Of a stretch of 64,000 bases of DNA, positions 18,282-28,698 are shown piece after piece. Numbering within the stretch: position 1 is the first letter of the stretch; the number at the start of each line of letters is the position of its first letter. Origin of the DNA: Candidatus Melainabacteria bacterium 17Bon1m. GTDB lineage: Bacteria; Cyanobacteriota; Vampirovibrionia; Obscuribacterales; Obscuribacteraceae. Under the pieces are notes generated by a model. It was not told where the DNA came from and made no database searches. It saw nothing but the letters and a program-made list of their open reading frames with translations. A program made the translations under genes and the position numbers. The DNA is taken from NCBI GenBank assembly GCA_032128875.1, contig JAVLKG010000002.1:96001-160000 (forward strand). Direction: 5' to 3'.

Positions 18282-20320
18282 TTTGAATCCTGCTGAATCA
18301 GTCCGTATTGCTTCAATTGTTCTTGCCTGCTTTGTTTTAGTCGCTCGATGTAGTCTGCGCTGTAGGTGGCGAGCGATTTGTCGAACTGCTCATCGGAAAG
18401 CGCAAGAATTTTTTTCGCAGGTGAAGACTTTCCTTCCTTCTGTAATTTCGCCGCATGCTTCAGATAAATTTCTGCCAGATCTCTCGAAAAGTCAGTTTTC
18501 TCAGGAAAGTCAACCAAGGACTTTTGCGCATAAAGCATCAACGCTTCGCCGCTTTCGAAGTCGCCGGCGCGGCAAAATTCTTTGCAAATGGTCTTGACTG
18601 GGTCGGCTGCCGCTGAAACGTCGTCTTCGAATTGGGTATGGTTTTTGGCTACGACGTCGATCAATTTACGAATCCAGGGTTCAGCTTCTTTTGGCTTGTT
18701 CTTTCGATCATATTCTTGAGCAACATTTTGAAAGCGATAAAGGCCGCCTCTCTTTTTGAATAAATCAGGATTGCCCTGCATGATTGAGAAGACCTGTTCG
18801 ATTATTGAATTCGCCTTTTCAAAGTTGTCTATTCTCACGTAAAAAGTCGCAACACCGAGCAAATGATTTGCCGTATTGGCATCTTTTAGAGTAAGCGAAG
18901 CTAGCTGCTCTTGCGCAACTTTATTTGCGTTCTCGATATCACCAAAACGCTCATACATTTGACGCAATTCTTCGCTGAGTGAGTTATATGTGTCGACATT
19001 GTCTGGACAAACCTGTTTCACTTTGTTTCTGGCATATGACAAAAAGCGAATTGCTTCATCGTTACGATGCATGTCCACAAAATAGCGAGTTACATCGGAT
19101 AGTTGACCACTAAAGCCGCCCCTTCGTCTAAGAGTGCTACCGGTTTTATCTGTGCACATTTTTGCCAGGTCTGCGTCTATGAAGTCGTAAATGATTTGTT
19201 CATCAGCCTTTGTTTCCGCTTTTCGCAACGCTGAGGTAAAACCGCCCCACATAGTGCGCGTCACATCGTAATCTATGTTGATGGCAGGCATATCACGATA
19301 GAGCTTAATCACGGATCTGTATTGTTCGAACGCTTTGGCTTTGTCTCCAGCCGATAGCAGCGCAGCCGCGTTTTGCAAGCGAGCTGCGATTAGCCCGTGC
19401 GGATCAACCTCCGCGCGTTTCTCTGCCTGTTGAGCTTTCTGAGTTGTTGAGATCAAATACTCATTTTTTTCTCTTGCGTGTTCGGCTGTTGAAATTTTGT
19501 CGAGATTTGCTAATTCTGCAGTATTGTGCAGCTTGTTGAGGAGTTGGCGATAATTGCCCAAGAACTTCTTCTTCATTCGGCGCACTTGATCTGTATCGGA
19601 CGTTGAAAGCGCGCTCAGGGTAGAACGCCCGATGGCAACCAACTTATCTGTGTCCTTTTGAGTGCAATAAACATCGAGCAGCGCGAGGAGAGTATCGAAT
19701 ACGTCGCTACTCAGCCCAGCCGTTTTCAGTCCCAGTTTGAAAGATGATTCCAGCATGGTTTTGCGCAAATCGTCAGTCAATATCGCCGAACCAGACTTCG
19801 ATCCGCCTTCTACCACGAAGAAGGTGTCGGGCGAAGCAGCCATGTAGAGCCACTCCGCTGCGGTCATGTTGTCCGACTTCTTTCCGGGTGTAATTGGCGC
19901 AGTGTTTGCGATGGTAATTGCTCGTTGTAAATTGCGAAGACCGTCATCGAGCCCCGGAAGCGCTGCAAGCTGCACTAAGATTGGAACAAGTTGAACGCTG
20001 TTTGCTCCGCTGCTTTTTTCGATATCGGATAGCCGCTTCAGCAGCTTGAATTTGGTTTCTTGCCGCACGTCTTGCGCTAGGAAGAGCGTGGCGCGCAACT
20101 GCAGCGCTTCTACGTTTGGGTCTGTGGAGCGCGGAATTGTTTCGTTAGAGGCGGGGATTTTGCCCCACGCTTTGTAGGCTTCATCGATTTGCTGTGCGTA
20201 AGAGTTTTCTCGTGCTGCTGCTGCTGTTGCTGCGACCGCCTTTGGCGGAACAGCCAGAGGTGCAAGGCACAACGCCACAGCCATTAATGCGCCATAGATA
20301 TGATGATTCCTTTGCGACAT
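18278..20320 (-). CDS. Exported TPR-like helical protein
   Basis: Signal peptide; long amphipathic helical repeats. Confidence 0.75.
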   Translation of the reverse strand: MSQRNHHIYGALMAVALCLAPLAVPPKAVAATAAAARENSYAQQIDEAYKAWGKIPASNETIPRSTDPNVEALQLRATLFLAQDVRQETKFKLLKRLSDIEKSSGANSVQLVPILVQLAALPGLDDGLRNLQRAITIANTAPITPGKKSDNMTAAEWLYMAASPDTFFVVEGGSKSGSAILTDDLRKTMLESSFKLGLKTAGLSSDVFDTLLALLDVYCTQKDTDKLVAIGRSTLSALSTSDTDQVRRMKKKFLGNYRQLLNKLHNTAELANLDKISTAEHAREKNEYLISTTQKAQQAEKRAEVDPHGLIAARLQNAAALLSAGDKAKAFEQYRSVIKLYRDMPAINIDYDVTRTMWGGFTSALRKAETKADEQIIYDFIDADLAKMCTDKTGSTLRRRGGFSGQLSDVTRYFVDMHRNDEAIRFLSYARNKVKQVCPDNVDTYNSLSEELRQMYERFGDIENANKVAQEQLASLTLKDANTANHLLGVATFYVRIDNFEKANSIIEQVFSIMQGNPDLFKKRGGLYRFQNVAQEYDRKNKPKEAEPWIRKLIDVVAKNHTQFEDDVSAAADPVKTICKEFCRAGDFESGEALMLYAQKSLVDFPEKTDFSRDLAEIYLKHAAKLQKEGKSSPAKKILALSDEQFDKSLATYSADYIERLKQSRQEQLKQYGLIQQDSK

Positions 20321-20368
20321 ACCCTTTATGTTCCACCAGAAGACATAATTTCGTCAAAATTCCTAATT

Positions 20369-20974
20369 CTACAAATCTGTTCCGAACTTGGTCATAACGA
20401 TTGAGAAGAGGGACAGACCAAGTTCCATCAAGACTACAATGACCACTCCAGGAAGAATTAGCTTTTCGTAGCGAGGCTTCTCTCGTTTTTCCAGCTTCGT
20501 TGCAATGAAATTTCGGAAAGTGACGTATTGAGAATCCGAAAGGCATCTTTTGGGAATTACATAGAACTGATGCTGGCTGGTGAACAAGCAAATAGCCGTG
20601 CCGACATCTGCCCATTTTACGAACTGAGACCAGTCAGATTCAAAATTAAAGTGTGAACCTTGCAGCCTGAAGCCCGATTCTGAAAGCGAGTACTTTTGCT
20701 CACCGTTGTACATAGGGGTGGTTAACAGCTTCTGAATGTGTTTCTTCAACGTGAGGTGGCGCCAAATTACGCACATCGCGCCAAAGCCACCCAGAAAAAG
20801 ACAGGGCGTGTTGAAGAAATTACCTGGGACTAAAGCCAACAAAGTTGGGGGAATTGTCATCCACGCAATTGGACGCCAGAACTTCAATAGACCGCTGAAT
20901 TCAATGAGTGGGACTTGTAAATCCTGTTCCTGCAGTTGTACGTTGTAAGAGATTTCTGGATTAAGAGTATTCAT
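20369..20974 (-). CDS. YcxB-like membrane protein
   Basis: Two TM helices then SESGFRL..SDWSQF..YVIPKRCL. Confidence 0.75.
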   Translation of the reverse strand: MNTLNPEISYNVQLQEQDLQVPLIEFSGLLKFWRPIAWMTIPPTLLALVPGNFFNTPCLFLGGFGAMCVIWRHLTLKKHIQKLLTTPMYNGEQKYSLSESGFRLQGSHFNFESDWSQFVKWADVGTAICLFTSQHQFYVIPKRCLSDSQYVTFRNFIATKLEKREKPRYEKLILPGVVIVVLMELGLSLFSIVMTKFGTDL

Positions 20975-21088
20975 CGAGTCGTTCTCAATTTAGAAAAGAG
21001 GATGGCACCCGTATAACGGATGGCACGCTTCTGGTTCAGAATTTGGTTAGCATCACCGTCAAAGTACTTATGCCGCTTTGTTTCCGGT

Positions 21089-22702
21089 TTACTTCCAAAC
21101 ATTCCGCGCGGCGTCTTCATCGTCTTGGTCAAGTGCTAACCGCAAAAATGCGATTCGTGCTTCAACATCGTCGGGGAATTCTTTGAAGATCTGCTTAAAT
21201 CCCCGCTTTATTCTATCCCAATCGAATTTACCGTCATGGTGATAAGGTTCAGCGTCTGAACCCTTGAAAAAGTAGTTCCATGCAAAGCGCGCATAGAGTT
21301 TATCCCCATTTGCACCGCCAACGGTATCGCAGCGTTTTGTTATGAAGGCTTTTTGTTCACCAGGTTGCCCTAACCAGTACGCGCCTAAGAATCTCGCTGC
21401 CCACGAATCTGAGCTGAAATAGGTCGGCCATTTGCTATTAGCCTGTTTAGCCAATCTTTGTACTTCAGCTTTGTTATCTTCCAAGTTTGCTATTCGAATG
21501 AGCGGTATATAGGCATACGGATTTTTGCTTGTAAGTTCTGGCGTAGATTCGAATACCTTCTTCGCTTCCTTCATCAACCGTGGCTTTCTTGGATCATTAT
21601 TCTCCAGGGCGACATAACGATAGATGTGCAAATTTGCCAGCCCTGCACGGGCGATCATCGAGTTGGGTCGTTTTTGCAGGTAGGTGTTGAGATCAAGCTT
21701 GAGCTGGTGATATGGAATGTCCTCGACCTCTTCTCCTTGGTCGAGCCCAAACATATGGTCATCCAACAGCCAGAATCCGTTCCAATACTCGGTTTTCTTG
21801 GCGATGTATTCTTCGCCAATTCGATCCAGCTCTGCAAAGTTTCCTTTGTTCAATAATTTGCGAGACTTGAAAACATTGTTGAGGCTGTCATTTTCTTTCC
21901 GAAATCTGAGTCCGGAAAGCAACTCATCCCAACCGCGTTCTCGGTCGTCATCATTGCCCGATACGTCGCGGTTTTTGAAATAAGCGTCGACCGCTTCCTT
22001 GTACCGATGCTCGACAGCGCGAATGTGGGCGAGCATCGCATAGCAAAACCAGTCCGTGCTCCGGGCTGAGTCTTTAGTTTCTGCTGCCTTGATGCAACGA
22101 TCTATTAATTTGTCCGCCTCGGCGAAGCGCCCAACGTCCGCGTAAATCATTGCAAGACCAGAAGCTTTAAATACTGTCTGTTCGTGGTCAGGACCGAACG
22201 CAGCTTCGGCTACCTTCACCGACATTTCCTGATCTTTCACGCCGTCCGGCTTAGTCGGATCTTGCTTCCAATGATAGTGGCGCTCTGTTGCACGGTCTTG
22301 CCAGGCGTGGGTGAGTTGATCGGCCACAGCTGCATTTGTGGGCGGTTCTTTCTCACCTAGCTTGATGGCTTTGTCGATTTGCTCGTCGGCTCGCGCAATT
22401 TCATCTTGCTGGTACAGCGACATGCCGTACACCCGATACATGCGCATTAAAATGTCTGATGCTACATTTGCCTTGATCGCATCATTAAATACCTGTTCGA
22501 CGCGCGTGCGACCAACATCGCTGTTGCTTTTCGCCACAATTAGCGCCTTGTTGAGCTCGCCGTTCCAGTAGAAGAGCACGGCGTAGTGCCCGAAGAGCAT
22601 CCAACCGACTACGCCGCCGCAGATGGTCAAACAGAGCAACGTAAACAGGACCAGCTTAAGCCAGGATTTCTTGGGCTTGGTTGCGGTGCTGCTAGGGGGC
22701 AC
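21089..22702 (-). CDS. Membrane-anchored TPR + DUF4034-like protein
   Basis: N-terminal TM, TPRs, GNFAELDR..W.G..G..LYAR..DWDRIKRGF..FPD pattern. Confidence 0.7.
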   Translation of the reverse strand: MPPSSTATKPKKSWLKLVLFTLLCLTICGGVVGWMLFGHYAVLFYWNGELNKALIVAKSNSDVGRTRVEQVFNDAIKANVASDILMRMYRVYGMSLYQQDEIARADEQIDKAIKLGEKEPPTNAAVADQLTHAWQDRATERHYHWKQDPTKPDGVKDQEMSVKVAEAAFGPDHEQTVFKASGLAMIYADVGRFAEADKLIDRCIKAAETKDSARSTDWFCYAMLAHIRAVEHRYKEAVDAYFKNRDVSGNDDDRERGWDELLSGLRFRKENDSLNNVFKSRKLLNKGNFAELDRIGEEYIAKKTEYWNGFWLLDDHMFGLDQGEEVEDIPYHQLKLDLNTYLQKRPNSMIARAGLANLHIYRYVALENNDPRKPRLMKEAKKVFESTPELTSKNPYAYIPLIRIANLEDNKAEVQRLAKQANSKWPTYFSSDSWAARFLGAYWLGQPGEQKAFITKRCDTVGGANGDKLYARFAWNYFFKGSDAEPYHHDGKFDWDRIKRGFKQIFKEFPDDVEARIAFLRLALDQDDEDAARNVWK

Positions 22703-22776
22703 GAGAGGTCCTCAAATATTGGGGTCTGTTTTAAGGTGCGAGATTGTTCGAGCGGGCATATGAATAAAGTACCCAG

Positions 22777-25080
22777 TTGAGTACGTGGAAGATGCACGAA
22801 AATCCTGAAAAAGTTACCGGCGACACCCCTAGGGATGATGAAGCCTTGTCCGACAAGCGATTACAGGTTGGCGCGCTTATCGACGGGCGGTATGAAGTGC
22901 TTGCGCATATCGGCTCGGGCGGCATGGGTGAGGTCTATAAGGTACTGGATAGGGAAACGCAGAAGTTTTTCGCGCTCAAGATGATCTCGCCACAACTGGC
23001 GGAGAAGAAGATTTTGGCGAAACGGCTGGAGCACGAGGCGCACGCCGCTCGGACACTTGTGCATGGCAACATTGTTTCTGTTTACGATGTGGGAGCGTCC
23101 CCGGATGGCGCGCCATATTTAATTATGGATTACGTCGAGGGCGACGGGTTGGACCTGCTATTGAAGGCTGAGACATGCCTGTCGCAGAAGCGGGCGCTGC
23201 CGATTTTTATGCAAATTGCCGAGGCGCTGGTGCATGCGCAGCAGAAGTCCATCGTGCACCGCGATTTGAAGCCGAGCAATATTTTGATGACGAAGACGCC
23301 CGAGGGCAACGACATGGTGAAGATTGTCGACTTCGGCATCGCGAAGATTTCGGACCAGGACGGCGCCGACAAGACGAAGCTGACGCAGACGGGAGAGCTG
23401 CTGGGGACGCCGCTATACATGAGCCCGGAGCAATGCACCGGTGATGAGATTGATGCGCGCTCGGACATTTATTCTTTCGGCTGCATTATGCATGAAGTGC
23501 TCAGCGGCAAGTCGCCGTTTGCTGCGGAGAATTCTGTCAAGGTTATTTTGAAGCACCTGAATGATGACGCGCCGCCGCTTCCAAATAATGTTGGCATAAC
23601 GGCTGACATGAAGGAAGTGATTGCGCGTTGTTTGGAGAAACATCGGGACAATCGCTACAAGACGCCAGTTGATTTGCACATTGATCTAGAACGCATTTCG
23701 GACGGGCGGCCGATTCGACCGCACGAGCGAAAGGTGAAGACGAAGCCGAAAGATGCGGGCAAATCGCGCGTGCCGGCGCTTGTTGGTTTGATGGCTGGTC
23801 TGCTTGTTGTTGCGGTTGGTGGCACATATGCTTTCTTCAGCATGCAGCCGAAGCCCGAGGCGTCGACGGCTGGTTCTTTCCAGCGTGCTGAGAAGTATTT
23901 AGATAAAACACTTACACAGTGGTCGAATGAAATTGAGAAAAATCCGGATGACCCGACTTTGTATTTGCATCGCGGCGAGTTGCATGCCATGCGCGATGAG
24001 CGAACGAATGCGATTGATGATTTTACTGAAGCGCTGAAGTTGAAGCCGAATTATTTGCAAGCTTATGCGAGTCGGTGCTTTGAATACATGATTCTTGCGC
24101 AGTACGATAAGGCGCTTGCTGACGGAAATAAGTTGATTGCTTTGGCGCCGGATTCGGCGGAAGGTTATGCGAAGCGCGGCATGGTGTATGAGTCGTCGGA
24201 GATGTTCGGCGAGGCGGTGGCTGACTATCAGCGCGCGATTGCGCTTGTTCCGAATAATGGCTACTACTATTACGGCGCCTCGATGAATTTGCTTCGCCTG
24301 GCTAAGTATGACCAGGTCGAGAAATATTTGAAGCGGGCGATTGAGCTTGGTGATGAGAATGGCACTTACAGTGCGAATCTCGGGACGTGCTATACATTTC
24401 AGCAGAAGTACGATGACGCGTACAAATACTTGAATTTCGATCCGGCTGATCCGAAGGTGCGCGGAGTAGAGTGGGGTCAGGCGTCGTACTATTATGTTTG
24501 CGTCGGAAAGATGGATCAGGCAATGAATGCGATGGCGCAATTGAAGGCGCGTGAAACTTTCCCGGCGCGATCGCATCGTGTTGCCGGCGAGATTTTTCGG
24601 TGCGCGGGACAGCTTGAGAAGGCGATGCAGGAGCTGAGCTCTTCGACGAGTCTCGAGGAGTATCCGCCGGGCTACCGCGAGAAGGCGGTCGTGGCTTTTA
24701 CGATGGGGCAAACGCGCTCGGCGCTCAATGACTTGAAGAAGTCGATTGCGTTGAACGGGAAGTCTTCTACTACGCTGACTTGGTTGGCGCGAGTGGAGAA
24801 TAAGCTCGGGTCTAAGAAAGAAGCGGAGCAACATCTGGCTCAAGCGTTTTCGCAGAAAATGGTGGCACCCATTAGCTATGTGAATAGAGCGGCGGTGCGG
24901 TTGGAAAATGGTGACGCGAAAGCAGCGCTTGCCGACGCAGATACTGCCGTGAAGCAGGACCGATGGCTAAAGGAGGGCTATGAGGTCCGGAGTGCGATAC
25001 GGGAGAAACTCGGCGATGGGGCGGGCGCAGCGAAAGACGCGGAAGAGGCGAAGAAGTTGATCAGTCATTTTGATCTTTGA
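22777..25080 (+). CDS. Hanks-type Ser/Thr protein kinase with TM and C-terminal TPRs
   Basis: GSGGMGEV, ALK, HRDLKPSN, DFG, GTPLYMSPEQ; TM; TPR array. Confidence 0.95.
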   Translation: MSTWKMHENPEKVTGDTPRDDEALSDKRLQVGALIDGRYEVLAHIGSGGMGEVYKVLDRETQKFFALKMISPQLAEKKILAKRLEHEAHAARTLVHGNIVSVYDVGASPDGAPYLIMDYVEGDGLDLLLKAETCLSQKRALPIFMQIAEALVHAQQKSIVHRDLKPSNILMTKTPEGNDMVKIVDFGIAKISDQDGADKTKLTQTGELLGTPLYMSPEQCTGDEIDARSDIYSFGCIMHEVLSGKSPFAAENSVKVILKHLNDDAPPLPNNVGITADMKEVIARCLEKHRDNRYKTPVDLHIDLERISDGRPIRPHERKVKTKPKDAGKSRVPALVGLMAGLLVVAVGGTYAFFSMQPKPEASTAGSFQRAEKYLDKTLTQWSNEIEKNPDDPTLYLHRGELHAMRDERTNAIDDFTEALKLKPNYLQAYASRCFEYMILAQYDKALADGNKLIALAPDSAEGYAKRGMVYESSEMFGEAVADYQRAIALVPNNGYYYYGASMNLLRLAKYDQVEKYLKRAIELGDENGTYSANLGTCYTFQQKYDDAYKYLNFDPADPKVRGVEWGQASYYYVCVGKMDQAMNAMAQLKARETFPARSHRVAGEIFRCAGQLEKAMQELSSSTSLEEYPPGYREKAVVAFTMGQTRSALNDLKKSIALNGKSSTTLTWLARVENKLGSKKEAEQHLAQAFSQKMVAPISYVNRAAVRLENGDAKAALADADTAVKQDRWLKEGYEVRSAIREKLGDGAGAAKDAEEAKKLISHFDL

Positions 25081-25150
25081 GTTGTAAAGTCGCTTTCATG
25101 CTAGATGAGGCTTTTCGTTCACGAGAAGCATTCATCAACATCTGAGGTCA

Positions 25151-28100
25151 ATGACTTTCTCCTTTCTAAAGGTATGTTTGCGTAGTGTTTTCATGACTAT
25201 AACTGAGGGTCCACAAGCAAGAAAGTTGTTCGTCGACAGATATCCTCTTCGGGATCGTCTGTTAGAGGCACTTTACGGCATGCAAGTACAGGACCGTATC
25301 CTATTTTTGCATGGACTCTCTGGTACTGGCAAAACGCTCTTACTGCAAGATTTCCGAAATTTCTGTCTTCACAAAGTTAGCCGAGCCACGAGAACTCAGT
25401 TTATAGAACTTGAGTTACCAGAGCGAATTGAGGCATTCAGAATATCGCAATCGGCAGACCGGTTTCCTACCGCGTATTTCGATTTTGCATTGAGCTCGTT
25501 TGAATCTCGTACAGTGCCTTCAATTCTATGCGAACTTCGCAGAATGCTTGAAACTGAAACACTTCACTTCCCCTTGTTTGAATTCGCACTCATGCATTAT
25601 CTGCGGATTACAAATCAGGATTTAAGCGAAACAACGAAAAAGTTAGTGCCTTCCCTCTTTGTAGATACTACAGCCTTCATCGCTGACGTTTTTGTAGTCC
25701 CGGTTGCTCTGCCGATTCCAACTCTACCAGGTACGATTAAAATAGGGAGTACAGTAAAGCTCGCTTTCAACTTTTTCGAAAAATACTTAAATAGATGGTG
25801 GACAGAATATTCCAAACATAGAGTTGATTTGGAAAGCGATTTTAACAAAGTTCTTGAACTGGAATACGAATCAGAAATTCTTGCCGAGTTACCTAGGTTA
25901 TTTGCAGAGGATCTAAATCGGGCAAGAAAACTTATTAGCAGAGATGACCCATATGGACGCATTGTATTAGCCTTTGATTCGCATGACTATGTGCAGGGAA
26001 AAGCTCAATTAGAGTCAAACTATGAAATTTTTGCGCGAGATGAATGGCTGAGAAAACTATTGCTAAGTTTAGATTTGACCTCCGGAATTCTTGTCGTTAT
26101 AGCAGGGCAAGATTGTCCCAATTGGCAAAACGCGCCCAGATGCAGGATCGAGAATTCGAGAGTTGAATTTTTGAACGTAACTTTCCTCGCTCGAGCAGAT
26201 GCAAGAGACTATCTTACTCTGAGTGGAATAACTGAAAGCCAATTCAAAGAGAAGCTGATTGATTTCGCAAGCGTTGAAGAAAATGAAGTGCATCCATTAC
26301 TTTTAGGACTTGCTGCGAATGCTGCGATAAATACTCCCGATGCCTTCGCAGACGCAGCAGAACTCACACCGATAAGTAAAGATCTCGAAAAGGCAGCAAA
26401 GGAGTTGATAGATCGATTTCTTAAGCACACCGACGCTGAAACACAATTGGCCGTCAAGGCTTTGGCAGTTTGCAGAACTTTCAACTTTTCGTTGTATGAG
26501 AAACTCGGGGAATGTTTGAAATTTGCTGTTAGCGCACTTCGCTTTGAGAAGTTGACCCGATTCTCTTTTGTTTCTGAACTGAAACCTGGAGTATTTTCCA
26601 TTCATGCACTACTCAGAAAGCTGATTACCAACGATGACGAGCTGTTGCTGTTTATCGAGAAAGTTGAATCCCTTTTACTGAAACATTTCAACGATCTTGA
26701 GAAGAATGGAATCATAGATGCAGAGTTTGAGGGATTGTATTTTAAGAACCGACTAGATTCTACAGCTGGAATTCAGCTACTAAGTGAAAAGTTTGAGGAG
26801 TCGCTGGCAACAGGAAACTTGAGGCGCTGTGAGTCATTAGTAAATGTGAGCTTTGAATTTCTTGCCACAAATTCAGTAGACCGTGCAATTCTTTCACAAA
26901 TTGAAGGGCGATTTTATTCGAGGTTAGGTAATTACCAAGGAGCACTTTGCTCGATAGGTGACTCGATCAAATGTCTATCGGAAATAGACGAACCCACAAT
27001 GGTAAGTACTGCTTTACTAGGAACTTCCAAAGGGCTAGAGGGTAGAATTCTCTCAAAAGATCATCGTTATCGCGAATCAAACCAAGCACTTTTAGAATCA
27101 AACGTAGATTATCTGAGGGCACTGGAGCTAGGCTCATCAAGCCCTTCTGTCTTGATGAGTTTAGCAAACAACTTTGTACTAATTGGCGAAAATCACTTTC
27201 GCCTTAGTGAGTATGGTGAGTCTCAGTCCGCTTACCAAAGTGCGGCTAATGTTTTTGAGAACCTAAAAACTTCAAGTACAGACTTCTATACTTCGCTGTT
27301 GAATAGAGCCATTCTTGTCACTCACGAAGTTGACCTTGCAATTGCTATGTCTATGTATGATGAAGCTTCTACAAAAATCAATTCAGCCTTTGACAGTCTT
27401 GCTGCGATTCCTGTAGATGTAAGTTTGAAATTTGTGGAACTGCGAAGGCAGATACTCATTCAGCATTCAATCTTGGCCAAGAACTTGCGCGCCCTAGGTT
27501 TTCACCGGGAAGCTGAAAGTCATTTGCACCAAATACTTTCAGCTTACGATTCAATGATTGCAGAAGTTCCTGGAGATAGCATTACCTGGCTAGAAAGAGG
27601 TAATGTCTTACGAGAAGTATCGCTCATTCAAAATGCTGAAGGAAGAGTCGTAGAATGCCGAGACACTCTCTTCGAAGCAGTAAATTCTTACACCAAAGCT
27701 AAGACCTTGGTTCCGCTGCCGAGGAATCAAGATTTTTGCGAAAGTGCTGCTTTAGCTGAGTTGTCTAATGTATGCCTAACTCTTGACCAGATTGATGAAT
27801 CTCACAATTTTGCAAAACGTGCACTGCAGCTTTCATACCAAGCAATTGAGTTGACACCAAAAAATCCTCAGGCTTGGAGATTGAACGCGGAAATATACCG
27901 AATTCTTGCTCAGATACATTTTTCATTGAATGAGCGCGATGGAAATCAAACGGGATTTCTTCGAAATCCTAATTTGCAGGAAGCACATTGCAATATTGGA
28001 TTGGCAGAAGGGGCGTATGTGAAGGCCTTAGACTTAGCCGAACGTGACGTCGAAATTCTTCTGAGCTTTGGAGTTTTCATGTCATTTTACGGTTACTCGC

Positions 28101-28555
28101 TTATACATTGTCGAATTGAAGGCGCACAGTATAAATTCTTGGATGCGTTAGCCTTGTTTGAACGTGCAAAGAAGGTGTCTCCGAAAAACGCCTTGGTGAT
28201 GAACAACATTGGCAGAGGAATTTATGAACTTGCTCTAGGGATAGATCAAGTCAACAAAAATAAATATCGCGTCGACTTATTTCGCCGCGCAAAGAATGCA
28301 CTTCACAAAGCCGAAAAGCTTTCGCTCAATCGAGGAGTCGATGGCGTGAGGTTCAATTTAATAGAATGTTGCTTCGCATTAGGTCAGACATATCTTAGTT
28401 CAGGACGAAAATTCAAAGCAATCAGCGAGTTTAAAGAAGTTCTGAAATTAGCTAGATTGATAAATATTGATTTCGCGTTTTATCATCTAGTGAATTTAGT
28501 GGTTGAACATGCGGAGTCTGCTCTTAAAGCAACTGAGCATTTAAATAATAAGTGA
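25151..28555 (+). CDS. STAND-like P-loop NTPase with C-terminal TPRs (start probably 25193)
   Basis: FVDR pre-P-loop, Walker A GLSGTGKT, Walker B IVLAFDSHD, HPLLL (GxP-like), wHTH IHALLR, TPRs. Confidence 0.8.
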   Translation: MTFSFLKVCLRSVFMTITEGPQARKLFVDRYPLRDRLLEALYGMQVQDRILFLHGLSGTGKTLLLQDFRNFCLHKVSRATRTQFIELELPERIEAFRISQSADRFPTAYFDFALSSFESRTVPSILCELRRMLETETLHFPLFEFALMHYLRITNQDLSETTKKLVPSLFVDTTAFIADVFVVPVALPIPTLPGTIKIGSTVKLAFNFFEKYLNRWWTEYSKHRVDLESDFNKVLELEYESEILAELPRLFAEDLNRARKLISRDDPYGRIVLAFDSHDYVQGKAQLESNYEIFARDEWLRKLLLSLDLTSGILVVIAGQDCPNWQNAPRCRIENSRVEFLNVTFLARADARDYLTLSGITESQFKEKLIDFASVEENEVHPLLLGLAANAAINTPDAFADAAELTPISKDLEKAAKELIDRFLKHTDAETQLAVKALAVCRTFNFSLYEKLGECLKFAVSALRFEKLTRFSFVSELKPGVFSIHALLRKLITNDDELLLFIEKVESLLLKHFNDLEKNGIIDAEFEGLYFKNRLDSTAGIQLLSEKFEESLATGNLRRCESLVNVSFEFLATNSVDRAILSQIEGRFYSRLGNYQGALCSIGDSIKCLSEIDEPTMVSTALLGTSKGLEGRILSKDHRYRESNQALLESNVDYLRALELGSSSPSVLMSLANNFVLIGENHFRLSEYGESQSAYQSAANVFENLKTSSTDFYTSLLNRAILVTHEVDLAIAMSMYDEASTKINSAFDSLAAIPVDVSLKFVELRRQILIQHSILAKNLRALGFHREAESHLHQILSAYDSMIAEVPGDSITWLERGNVLREVSLIQNAEGRVVECRDTLFEAVNSYTKAKTLVPLPRNQDFCESAALAELSNVCLTLDQIDESHNFAKRALQLSYQAIELTPKNPQAWRLNAEIYRILAQIHFSLNERDGNQTGFLRNPNLQEAHCNIGLAEGAYVKALDLAERDVEILLSFGVFMSFYGYSLIHCRIEGAQYKFLDALALFERAKKVSPKNALVMNNIGRGIYELALGIDQVNKNKYRVDLFRRAKNALHKAEKLSLNRGVDGVRFNLIECCFALGQTYLSSGRKFKAISEFKEVLKLARLINIDFAFYHLVNLVVEHAESALKATEHLNNK

Positions 28556-28698
28556 AATGGAAAAGTCTCTATTTATCTTTTTTGGAGTTAAGACGCAAAA
28601 CAAGATTTATCGACTAAGGTTTTTGCAATTAGCGTTTCAATGTGATCTTCTTCGTAGAAAGCTTGAAAGTGGAACGCATTCACTCGAATCTTGCAGTT

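Noticed and set aside
23899-24843. 314-aa antisense ORF
   Set aside because: Shadow of the kinase-TPR gene with non-protein-like composition
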